A stretch of 64,000 bases of DNA from assembly GCA_046563655.1 (NCBI GenBank), contig CM102287.1, positions 8,866,001 through 8,930,000 on the forward strand, written 5' to 3'. Below, piece after piece: positions 28,537 through 39,267 of this stretch. A program made the position numbers and the translations under genes. Origin of the DNA: Yuukianura sp. NJ FZ-2021. Its lineage: Eukaryota. Each line of letters begins with the position of its first letter. Positions within the stretch are counted from its first letter, which is position 1. The notes beneath the pieces are model-generated. The model was not told the DNA's origin, ran no database searches, and worked only from the letters and a program-made list of their open reading frames with translations.

Positions 28537-29575
28537 CTGAAAATAATAGGAGACTGCTGCTACTCTGCTTTCTCTTCTTCAAATTCCATGATACTCCAAA
28601 GAAAAGCCGGAAAAATCGGAGTTTCACCTACACAAAAAAGACAAAATTTGAAATTTGAGGCCTCAGGAAGATTTTATTAGTGAAAGAAATATTTTTTTAG
28701 TCCTCACTTCTTATAAAAACCAGAAATTGGAGAAAGTTTCTTTAGAAAGTGGGAGTTACATAAGCCCAAATTTAAAAGAGAGTGCAGTGATTTAATTTTC
28801 TAAGAAATTCGTAGAATCCGGGATTTCGTTAAAGAAATTCATAGAACCCGGGATTTCGTTAACTGGATTATTTTCACGTTTCACCTTCCGTCGTGATCAA
28901 CCAACCATGTCACATTTACGTTCCCTGAATTTTTCATTCACTCTTTTAAAAATTTCATACTCACAGTTAAAAAAAAGAGCACACACATACTCAAATTGCT
29001 CATTAAAAATATAATTCTCTTTTTAAAAAAAAGTTAATACAATTAAGATAGTGAACCCTCCAGGGCCTAAACTCCCACGTTCCGACATGCTCTACGGATT
29101 TTGTTTGTTTCGTTTTCCGTGTTTTTTATTTTTAGAAAACCGGAAAACTCTACTTGATTGTAGGTTTGCGAGAAAAAAAAATTTCTGTAAAACTTCTAAG
29201 TTTTATGACTTCCATTCCTTCCCCTAAACTTCAACAGAAGAAATTGCAAAAAAAAAGTTCTAATTTTTTACGCTAAATTTTCTGCCCAACTTTCACCGCT
29301 TTCTCTGAGAAATTTAGATCCACAGGAGTTTCTGGCCTAATTTTCCTCTTTAACTCCTTTACTCAAAGTTGTGTAATGTGTTCTGTTCTCATCTCACCGG
29401 AATGGAACGCAGATTCCAAAATTCCAACCTGTTTGAAATTTTCAACACAAAGCACAGTACACTACATAATGCTACCACAAAAATGAAAATTCATTTTCCA
29501 AAAACTATGTTCACATTACAAACAGAAAACGAACCGTGCTCAAAGTGGGAGCACGCGTTCCATCGAAAATGAATT
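28537..29575 (-). promoter_or_regulatory. Putative non-coding 5' exons and start site of a minus-strand gene (probably one of the GPCRs)
   Basis: Minus strand shows acceptor tttttgtgtag at ~28628, donor cag|gtgagt at ~28536, donor gtgagt at ~28963, and an Inr-like TCATT at ~29573. Inference only. Confidence 0.3.
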
Positions 29576-30259
29576 ACAACGAAGCGATTTTCTCCGAAAA
29601 AAAAAATTAGAACGAAAGTTGAATTACCGCGAAGCGAATTACAACGAAAATCGAATTAGAACGAAAGTTTAATTAACAGCGAAAGTTGAATTACCCCCAC
29701 CCGAATTGTAATTAATTATTGGTTTCGGGGAAATTCCCTTCGTTGTAATTGATTCGAAGAAATGGCATGAATCTCTCAAATTATTTAATTGAGTAATTTA
29801 CCAAAAACCAATTTTAATAAACAACTAATTGACTAAATTGTTATTTAATTAGAAAAATAAGTAATGGGGTTGAGTAATACACTCGAACTGCACTTACGTG
29901 GCAATATGCTGGGAATAGAAGCATATTCACTTTTTTTCGATTTCAACACATAAATTAAAGGCTAATGCAATTAAAATTATGGACAAAATGACTAAACAGA
30001 ACTAAATTTTTGGTTTGCTTTGAAGAGAATCATAAACAATGGTTCAGTATTAGTTCAACTAATTGAAATAATGCTACCAACAATTACCATCACAGTCAAT
30101 ATATCTCCAGTGAACAATAAAGTGTCAACAATGTGGATAATCCTACGTCAAGGCAGTGGTCCCTTCAGGGTACTACCGACTTACTTAAATTCTTCAACTA
30201 CTTAAGTAATCAACGAATTCTGGACTTACCTGTTGGACGATTGAAGATGAACGTCATTT

Positions 30260-33200
30260 TCATTGTGTATCTAACCTGATTTGGATTGACCTCAGATGAT
30301 CCAGTACTTCAAGTTGCCAAGCATTTACTGCTGCTGGAGTAAAGTCCGCTTCCAAGTTGGTTCGCACTTCATTCTCATGGAATTTAGCCAAAGCTCCGGC
30401 ACTCCAAGCTCCCAAAATCGCTTCAATACGTTTCAAAACGTTTGCGCTGTTTCGTCCATTTCCTTCCTCCTCAGATGATGGCATGCTCTGAATTGAAATT
30501 CTAACACGAGTTGCCGCGTCGAGGTGACTTAGCAAAAATTTCAAAATGACTTGAGCCGTGATTGGTTCATTTGTGGACAGGACACGACTTTCAGAACGGC
30601 TACAAAAAAAAAGCAATTCAACATGAGAATTAACTAGTTTTGAAATTAAGAAATATTTGAGATAAACTTACTTTTCGCTTGGAAAGAATACAAAAGTTGG
30701 AATCGTCTCTGGTGATAAATTCATCGGTAAGGAATGCTTGTACGTGTCGATCTTGCCCAAGACAACGGGTAGGTCCATTTCTTTTAAAAATTGAGCAACT
30801 CGAACAAAGTGTGTAAGTGTAACAGCACAGAAACCGCAGAACTGGGCTGAATACATCAGGAGCAGCGGAGAATTCGTAGTTTCTAGAAAGTCATTCAACT
30901 CCTTGCCCGTAAAAGTCACAATTTTGCCAGCCACAATCGGTTTGATAGCTTGATCGTTTGTCACACTTTGTAAACTTTCACTAGTAGTTCTAGCTGCGTC
31001 GAAGTCGAACTGATTGGTCCCTGGATTCTCCAATTGTAGCGTATAATTGTGAATTATTCTTGCAATGTCTGAGATATTGAAGGACGTGACGGGCAAAACG
31101 ACTTCATTCTATAACAAATTACAAAGTATTAAACAAAATTATCTCAAAAGTAATTGCGGTAGATTTGAAAATCTTACTTGTCCATCAACAATGAAGGCAA
31201 CTGGATCAGGTACTTGATTCTCATCTAATGGATCATCGAATGTTCTATTGGAAGCAAAGGCACTAGCGAATGGATTCACTCTTGATCTCCCAAGAGCCAG
31301 TTTCGTAAAGTCTGGAACATCTACTGGATCAATTGCAATAAACTGGAAGGGTCTTGAAGATTGACAACTTAGCCCAGTAAAGTTAAGTCCTTCTGAAATT
31401 TTCTCGTAACTTTTCAAAGGCTCTCTCACATATTTCCGTTTACGTTCGTCCCAGTGTTGCAACTGTTCAGAGATTCCTTCACATCCACTTGCAATATTTT
31501 CCAACTTCTTCTCTTTGCAAATTTCGGAAACCATACGCCAGATTTCCATCCATTCTGAAACGGAAAACAAAAGCAGTTCGAATTTTGACGATTTTCGTAC
31601 AAACTTGTATTTTCATAATCTTACCGGCATTGGTTTTGTGTGTAATCCTCCTGAGTTTAGTGACATTGACACTCTTGTTGCAGTTGAAGTAGTCAAGAAC
31701 TACTTCCTTCAGTTGACTGTAGAATGGTGAGTTGGCTGAAGGGTAGTTGTAGTAACGTCGAGTGACTAGGACGAACATTGGACGTTTACCAACAGCATCA
31801 GAAAAGTCAACCGGACCAGGAGTGATCACCTTATTTGCAAAACCATTCCGTACTGGATATGACCAAGTGATTGGTGCAGTCGCAGTGCGTTCAACTACCC
31901 ACTCTGCGACTTGGCCAACAGGTCCTTTCATTCCTATCAGAAAAAAACACAAAGTTAATACTTGACATGAACACAGTGAAATACTTAAAAAAACACAGTA
32001 CTGCACAGTATGCTCACCTTTACCTTTTTCAGGTGGAATCCATTTGGCAGTGTGGATCTCATTGAACAACACTAACGAAATTGTCTTCCCTGTTGTCAGA
32101 TAGAACTTTTCGCCCAATTCCCGTTTGATGAAAATTCCAAATCCAACTTGTGAAAGCGGATCAGCCTCCAGCTTTCGTAAGGCCATTTCGCGGTACGTGT
32201 TGAAAGACATTTCAAAGTCTTCATCTGTGCTGTTCATGCTGGTTAGCATAATCGCCTATAAAAAAGATAAGAGCATTTTAAATAGTGAACAACAATACTA
32301 AAAACAAAAAAATTGAGAAGGTGTGAATGCTCGATTCCATTGACACACTTTAGTCTTACGTCGTGCTGGGCCCGAAACGTCCACAATTCGTCATCAGTAT
32401 CAATTCGAGTGAAAGGCCTTATAACACCGTACAAAAAACGAATCATTGGTTCAGCACGGATAGGTCCATTGTAAATGACACCCTGAAAGTATACAAGACA
32501 ATTTATAGTGCAGGATCTTGGAGTGTGTTAAACGTGAAATTGCTAAGCCTCGACTTACTGTGTTGGAACAGGCATGAGCAACAAAAATTGGGAAATGTGA
32601 CAACGTTTTGAAGTTTTGCCGGCACTGTCCATCCGGCCACCAGCAGTTGATGGCGTAGAACTTGATGAGCCCAGGAGAAGTTTCATTAAAATGGCGGGCT
32701 ACTTGGAGGAATTCCTTCTTGGCTTCGATGGATTCTGAATCCCAGTGGGCGTAGTAGAACAGATAGGAAGGATGATACGGAATTTCATTCCTGGCTAATT
32801 CCACGTACTCACCAGCATATAAGTCTTTAATAAGTTCACTTCCGGTTTCGTCTGCGGTAAAGAATGGTTCTGGACGACCGACGGCTCTAGTCTTGAGTTT
32901 TCTATGGAAAAATACAAATTACATGAGTTAAGAGAAAGAGAATCTTTAGAATTCAAGAACAATGGTAGCTTCTTTTTTCGGAATCTGATCTTACCCACTT
33001 CGCAAACTCGCCAAGGCACTGGCTATACAGAAAAGCACCATAAGGATTTCTTTGTGATATCTCGACGTAAAGTTACTCATGGCCATTACTACTCGTCTTA
33101 AAAATGCAGCAAAGGAGAACTTTCCGTAGTTGGCTCGTCGATGGAAATGAGCGTAGTACTTGGGATAATGAAGCCTTTTATAACGTCTTGACTCTTCTAG

Positions 33201-33470
33201 CTTTTCCCCTTCGGTTGAACTATGCCGCTCTTTGGAATTTTTTAATCGTTTTCGCGACGAAACCCGAGTATCTCTAGTGGGATTCCACCTAATCGCTCGG
33301 GTGCTGGAATCGCTGCTACTAAACGAATCAAGTTCGGAATCAAGTTCGCTTTCTAGCTGTGATGTGCTGTCTTCTGATGTTGTGGATGTGGAGATGAGTT
33401 TGATATCAGTTTTACTTACAGACCACCGCCTCCTTGTGATGGGATCGTAAAATTCGTCACTTGAGCTCAT
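30260..33470 (-). CDS. TXNDC11: Thioredoxin domain-containing protein 11 (EFP1), multi-exon
   Basis: N-terminal TM segment; FYYAHWDSES...YAINCWWPDGQCR in the first Trx fold; YSAQFCGFC...ETIPTFVFFP in the last Trx fold. Start codon uncertain. Confidence 0.85.
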
Positions 33471-34522
33471 CACTGACAAACTTTCACTAGCATCACAAAA
33501 GGATGCTGAAGGTCCATTACATAAACTTCGACATAGACGACAATTAGCTTCAGCGGTCAACTGTTTAGTAATTTTATCGTTTTACAGCGTAGACTATTCT
33601 CCGGTAAAGGGGACGAGTCCTTTCCTTCACACGAGGCGGCGATATGTTCCGCTTCCGGTTGATCTATTGAGATTCGCAAATTACCAGTTAGTTACTAATA
33701 CACGGCAACCACAGACTAACTATGTAATTCGACTTAACATTAACTAATTACCTTAATTAATCAACAATTGACACGTCCTCACCTCGACGAAACAGATGCC
33801 AAAAGCCAAATACGGTTTAAGAATTCCAAAGTTATCATATGTTTGCTTTGCTGTCACTTGTTTTGTTTCACTGTTTATTTCCAGCGAATACACATTATAA
33901 TGTTTTTGTCTCAATTTCATTCAAACTGAAAAAGGCGCGCCAAATGTTGCTAAATTCAAATTTGTAAACAATTCGAATTTTTTGTGGTCTGACAAAAAGC
34001 TGCACTCAGCTTACTTTCTTTTTGTAAACGCAGATGGGCATTTGAGATAATGAGTTATTAAAAACATCGTTGACTTAGAATGGGTCGGTTAATTACGGTT
34101 AATTAATTATTAATTATTACAACAATCTTAGTTTATTATGAAACTAAAAGAATTATAATACTTATCAATTTATGCATTACTTTAGATGTAATTATTATTA
34201 TTATAAAACAAATTGCCCAGCCCCATCTGCTGTGTATGTGTGTTGTGGGTAACTTTTAGTTTGAAGAGAGAAAAGATGAAATTGGATTCGTTTTTTTTTC
34301 GGGGTGTTTACGTGTTGCCAAAAAAAAATTGCAAAATCATTGTAAACCGTAAACAAAAACAGTGCAAAATTCATTTTCGTGTATTAGTAAATTTAATTGA
34401 ACTACTAATTTGAGTAGTTCGTAGTAATTAAATTAGCAAAAAGTTGATAACCTAAACAGAGTCAGAAGAAAAGCAAGGGCCATCTTTGATTTTGTCGTCG
34501 TTATCGTCATATTTCATCGTAA

Positions 34523-35408
34523 ATGTCAGGTAAGTTAAAGCAGTTAATACAATAGTTGTGTGATTGGAAGTGGAAGTTAAACAAATGTTTGACGAATTAC
34601 AGGGTTTCCAGGAGGCCCACCGGGTCCACCCGGAAGTGGGCGAGGACGTGGCGGATTGCCACCCAGAGAAACGAGAAGGTTTGTCATTGCTAGTCGACAT
34701 TTGTAAAGAAAATTTAACATTGAACGAGAATTCATGTTGTTTTTTTGTTTATTCAGCTTAATTATGGATGATGGAGCCTCTCCGTCCCGGTTGGAACTAC
34801 ACCAAAGTCCTGGGAATGAGATGGTGGCCGGCAGAAGTCGATCGCTACCTGCTAACCAATTTGGTTTGTATAAAGTTATACAGCATTCCATATTTCATTG
34901 TTACTTTGTGAAACTATATTCAATTGAATTGGAAATTGCAGGCAGAGTTCCAGGAGTAAGCGATCCATTGGGGCTAGGACAGCTTGGTCGATCAGACCTG
35001 GATCCATTTGCCGCTCCCGGGCCTGGAACTGGCATGCTTGCTGATCCCCGCGGAACGCGACAACCCCCCGGCGGACAACCACCACCGTAAGTCAATTAGT
35101 TAATGATTATGATTATGGCCAGACTAATTTCAAAATGTGTTTTCAGTGGCATAGTTCCCGGTGCTCGTTTTGATCCGTTTGGACCGGTGGCCCCACGACC
35201 ACCAAATTTCGGTGGTGGTTGTATTCCAGGCGGAGATCCAGTGCCGCCATTCAGCGTACCCAATCCGGATCATCTTCCGATCAATCCGTTTCCTGGACAA
35301 GAGCCTGTACCTGGACAGCCTCCACAACGACGAAACCCACCGCCTTTTGGTGGACCTGCTCCTGACCATGAGCAGCCACCTGATGGCTACGACGACATGT
35401 TTATGTAA
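34523..35408 (+). CDS. PSMF1: Proteasome inhibitor PI31-like protein, Pro-rich part only (exons 34523-34529, 34603-34678, 34757-34863, 34942-35086, 35147-35408; ~198 aa)
   Basis: LGRSDLDPF, GMLADP, PGARFDPFGP, PNPDHLP and the C-terminal PPDGYDDMFM HbYX-type tail. Intron phases are consistent through all five exons. Confidence 0.85.
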
Positions 35409-35621
35409 ATCGGATTTCCCTTGTGAGGCATCTCCCTGCTTTTGTGTAAAATCGATTCGCTCTCTTTTCATAACGTTTTTCAAATCAACATTAGGATTGT
35501 CAATTAAATTCGCTGCCGAGTGAGAATCAAGATGCCCAACAACATGTTCCATCAAGTGAAATTTTTGCTTTAACTTTTATCAAAATCGCTTCTGTCTCAC
35601 AATAGTTTAGGTTACGAATTT

Positions 35622-37374
35622 TTAGCAAAATAGATTAAATTGGAGCTGGTGAGGTTCAAAATCTTTAGAGGCGATCACGACGGCAGTTCTGGAGTCAGAA
35701 AATCGTGGAACTGAAACAATTTTAGTTCCATTCCACTGTTGAGATTTGAATTCCTTTTGGTTTCCAATCAAGAAGAAGTTTGGTAACTTTTCCTTGATGA
35801 TGAAAACATCTTCTTCCACTCCAGGAGACAAGGGTAGTGTGTCTGGAGCTGTGGGGCAAATATGGCCCCATTCCAGAAATCGTCTTCCCATTTCCAAACC
35901 TGAAGTTACATCAGAGAATTTAAGTGCATCTAGAACTGGCTCTCCATCGGTAAGAATTAGATCCAGTCGTGAAGATACATTTGATGGTGTCAATGGATTC
36001 TGTGGAATGTTCAGACGACATGGATTCGACAGAAGATGAAACGACGGATACTGTGTTGATTTTGGAAACAGGAGTTTGTTTAGTGGAGGTTGGGGATACA
36101 TGGATTCTGCTGGGTCATCCTTCCCTGTCACCAGGAAGACTTCCATTGTAGCCTGTTTCGATAATTGATTAATGATTAACGAGACAAGATATTTTATGAA
36201 TTGTTCTTTCTTACTGCTAAAGTTGAAAGCATGTCGTCCAAGGTTTTCATGTTACGTGCCATGACTTTGAATCGCTCACTACCAGCCAGTGTTTCTTCAA
36301 TTGCCAATGAATTTCCTAAGATGAATAGACGACTCCTGTTTCGCACAACATTTTGTTGCTCATAGGGTGATCCACACAGTCCTTGGAGATGTTCAAACAG
36401 CAGCCCTAACTGTATTGAATTCGAATCGGAACCAACTCCCAGACCTGACACTATTACCTAAAAATCATTCAGAATTAATCACAGAACGTAATTAATGGAC
36501 TAATTTTATGTATTCACCATATCTGCTCCTGAGCCTTTCAGTTTAGGCCATTTGCAGGGACTTGGAGTTGCCCACATTACTTCCTCAACTTCAAATCGTC
36601 CGTCGATCGTTGGTCGTCCCTTCACTCCCAGTACGATACCGTTGACGAGTCCATTCACAGTGATTCCACAATTTGAAGTAGGAATTAATCGAACTCGAGT
36701 AGTTTCATCTTCCAAGAGAATCACATCCTTATCAGAAACATACGATTCTTTCTTTGTCCGATCTTGAAGCTGGATTTCCTCCACAAGTTCCTGTAAGATA
36801 GAAGGTTTGTCTGGTTGTTGCTTGAAAACCGTTCCTATAATGGCTAAAGCAATAAAAACGTTTAGTCAACTGCCAATAAATTGGTGTAATTTTGAAGATT
36901 CTTACCAACAGTGACGTCTTCGCGTAACGCAATGTGCTGGCCGTGTTGCTCCTCTTGTGCACTAGAAGTGGTACCGCTGGAAGCACTCTTCTTTGGACTC
37001 GTTAAAGAGTACTTTCTAGGACTGTTGTGAACCTTTCTCGGACTTCCGCTTGAGTCTCCACTGGCAGTAGTCGACGATTCGCAAAGTCCGGAGATCTTTT
37101 TCAAAGAAACGTCCTTCCAGGCAGCCCGAATCCGTTTTTCCAAAGTTGGGCGAAGAGTGGACAATCGTATGAAATACGTATGAGCATACTGGTGAGAGAA
37201 TTGGCGCCCTTGTCGAACTGAACTGAAATCGCTTGCGTTGACGTCTGCTCCAGCTTCATCGGCTTGTTCCGGCAAGCGATTCACTTGTTGGAATTGCATA
37301 GTTCCAGGATTACTCAGCAACTCTGACGCATGTGCTGAAGCCGGTAGTTCATCTCCATCAATTTCCATTTTCAT
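35622..37374 (-). CDS. POLD2: DNA polymerase delta subunit 2 (p50), ~5 exons
   Basis: RQFSHQYAHTYFIRL, ILLEDETTRVRL, DDPAESMYPQPPL, EWGHICPTAPDTL, VSVPRFS. Confidence 0.93.
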
Positions 37375-38050
37375 CGTCCTTGACCTTAGAAAATTCTTCC
37401 TACAATAAAAACAAAATCAAATCATATTGGATGTAATGTACTGATGTTTCATACTGCGCTTAAAATCTCTATAATTTGTCTGTCCTTGTCTACTTACCAA
37501 TTAAGGTTGACAAAGCTAACCAAGAGTTGTTTACTATTCAACGATGGAGCAGAATTTCATAAAAGTGCAGAATTAACAAAAATGGACAATTTAATCAATC
37601 AAAGAATTTACTTTGTAAATTACAGTAAACTTTGTTTTCATCCCCCCCAATTCACGTTGTTTGTGTTGTTGGCGCTTTCACCTAACTTTTCCCACGCAGA
37701 TTTTTGAAAATACTTTTCTGATTCATTCAAACATTCTTGTGATTCAATTGTCAATTAATTAGTCGAATTTTAATTAGATGCTGTCAACAGACAATTCCTT
37801 AAGTACCGCGCATTGCGTACTGTAAACCCTACAGATTGTTTTGTTTTCCATTTTTTATTTGTTTTTAAAGTTTATGTTCACTAATTTCACAACACATTTG
37901 ATGGTTTACTTAAGTTAGCACCTTGCTTTCATTCGAATCTAAGAACCTTATTTTCTTTCGTTAGTTAAACGTTTTATAACATATGGTGTCACTATTCTAG
38001 CGTTTCATTAATCATAACTTATGTAATTAGTTCAGTTGCGGGTATTGAGA

Positions 38051-38680
38051 TCATTTGGTTTGGTTGAGCACGCTCTTTTTGTACGCTGCAATCACAGCCT
38101 GGGCATCTTTTTCCGCGGTAAATTCAAGTTTCAGCGGTCGAATCGTCCTCACTGCTGGAGCATCTCCGGTTGCAGGGGTCACCGCGGCATCCACTTCCTT
38201 CTTGCCAGCATTTGATTGGTCGCTGGAAGTGGTAGCCTCAGTAACCTTTTCAGTCTTAGTGTTGCCATTGGCAACCGTGCTGTCCTTATTCACGACCTTG
38301 ATATTTAGTCGTGTGAGTGTAAACTTTGTCGTGATTGGACACTTGAGGACACATTGGAAGTAGTACAGGATACTGTCCCGGTCAAATTTTTGTCTCTCTT
38401 CGGGAGTGTATGGTTTGGGCATGACCCATTGACCTTTGCCATTCCTCGTCCTCACGACCTCCTTCTCTTCTAGATTTTCCACCAAAATGCACTTCGGCGA
38501 AGTTGAATCCAGCGTAAATGTGACCGGTCGCTTCGGAGCTTTCTTTACTTTCGGCTGCTGCTGTTTTCCATTTAAACTGGCGCCAGAAGTAAACGGTTTG
38601 TTGCCAGTACGCGGCGGTAGCGGCAGACGCGGAAGGACATCGACGACGACGAATCGGGGACCGTTTGGAACTGAAGCCAT
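38051..38680 (-). CDS. Intronless ~209 aa basic protein with a LINE (CR1/L2) ORF1-like RRM pattern
   Basis: Uninterrupted, relatively GC-rich ORF. CILVENLEE...DRDSILYYF...LTRL...IRPLKLEFTAEKDAQAVIAAYKK resembles the ORF1p RRM signature. No ORF2 nearby. Confidence 0.55.
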   Translation of the reverse strand: MASVPNGPRFVVVDVLPRLPLPPRTGNKPFTSGASLNGKQQQPKVKKAPKRPVTFTLDSTSPKCILVENLEEKEVVRTRNGKGQWVMPKPYTPEERQKFDRDSILYYFQCVLKCPITTKFTLTRLNIKVVNKDSTVANGNTKTEKVTEATTSSDQSNAGKKEVDAAVTPATGDAPAVRTIRPLKLEFTAEKDAQAVIAAYKKSVLNQTK

Positions 38681-39267
38681 CGTCAAAGGTCAGAGGTCAA
38701 CTGGGTTTGAATTTGCAAATCTGATGCTGATAGGGTGATCCAAGCTTTAGCACTCTTGTGAATGTAGAGAGGAGTCACTCTTATTCAGCTTCAGTTTGCG
38801 AATTGTGATGATTTGCAAAAAGGCGACGGGAGTAGTTTTATACCCAAGAAAAACTGTGCCAACCAAGTGCATAAACCAGAATTCGCACACAAACAAACGT
38901 TGAAACGACGATTTCCCAGAATGACGCACCCTCGACAACCAAACGAAAAGTTCATTTCGAGAATCCAATTCTAAATCCGAATACGTTCGACAGAAATGCA
39001 TTCTGTTAAAAGCAAGTGATGCAACAAAGAATTTGACAATTTAAAAAAAAAAACGTTTATAATTCGTTGAAGTTTTCATATGAATCATCTGCAAAGCGAA
39101 TCTTAGCACATACACGAACTTATTAAGTTTGTTTTAAGTTTTCCTTTTTTTATGTGTTTTTGACTTGGTTTTCAGTATATTTTTTAGAAGTTGATTCATT
39201 TTTCAAAATTTGGTTTCATAAAGTTCAATTTGAGAATTAAGTGATTTGAGCAACTAAATTGTTTTAG

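Noticed and set aside
28520..28560. Minus-strand pyrimidine tract + CAG|GTGAGT resembling a recursive splice site
   Set aside because: A plausible acceptor 91 bp upstream makes it more simply the donor of an ordinary small exon.
29575..29760. Short GAATTACAACGAA-like repeats with an inverted copy
   Set aside because: Probably a small decayed MITE; the ends and TSD could not be defined.
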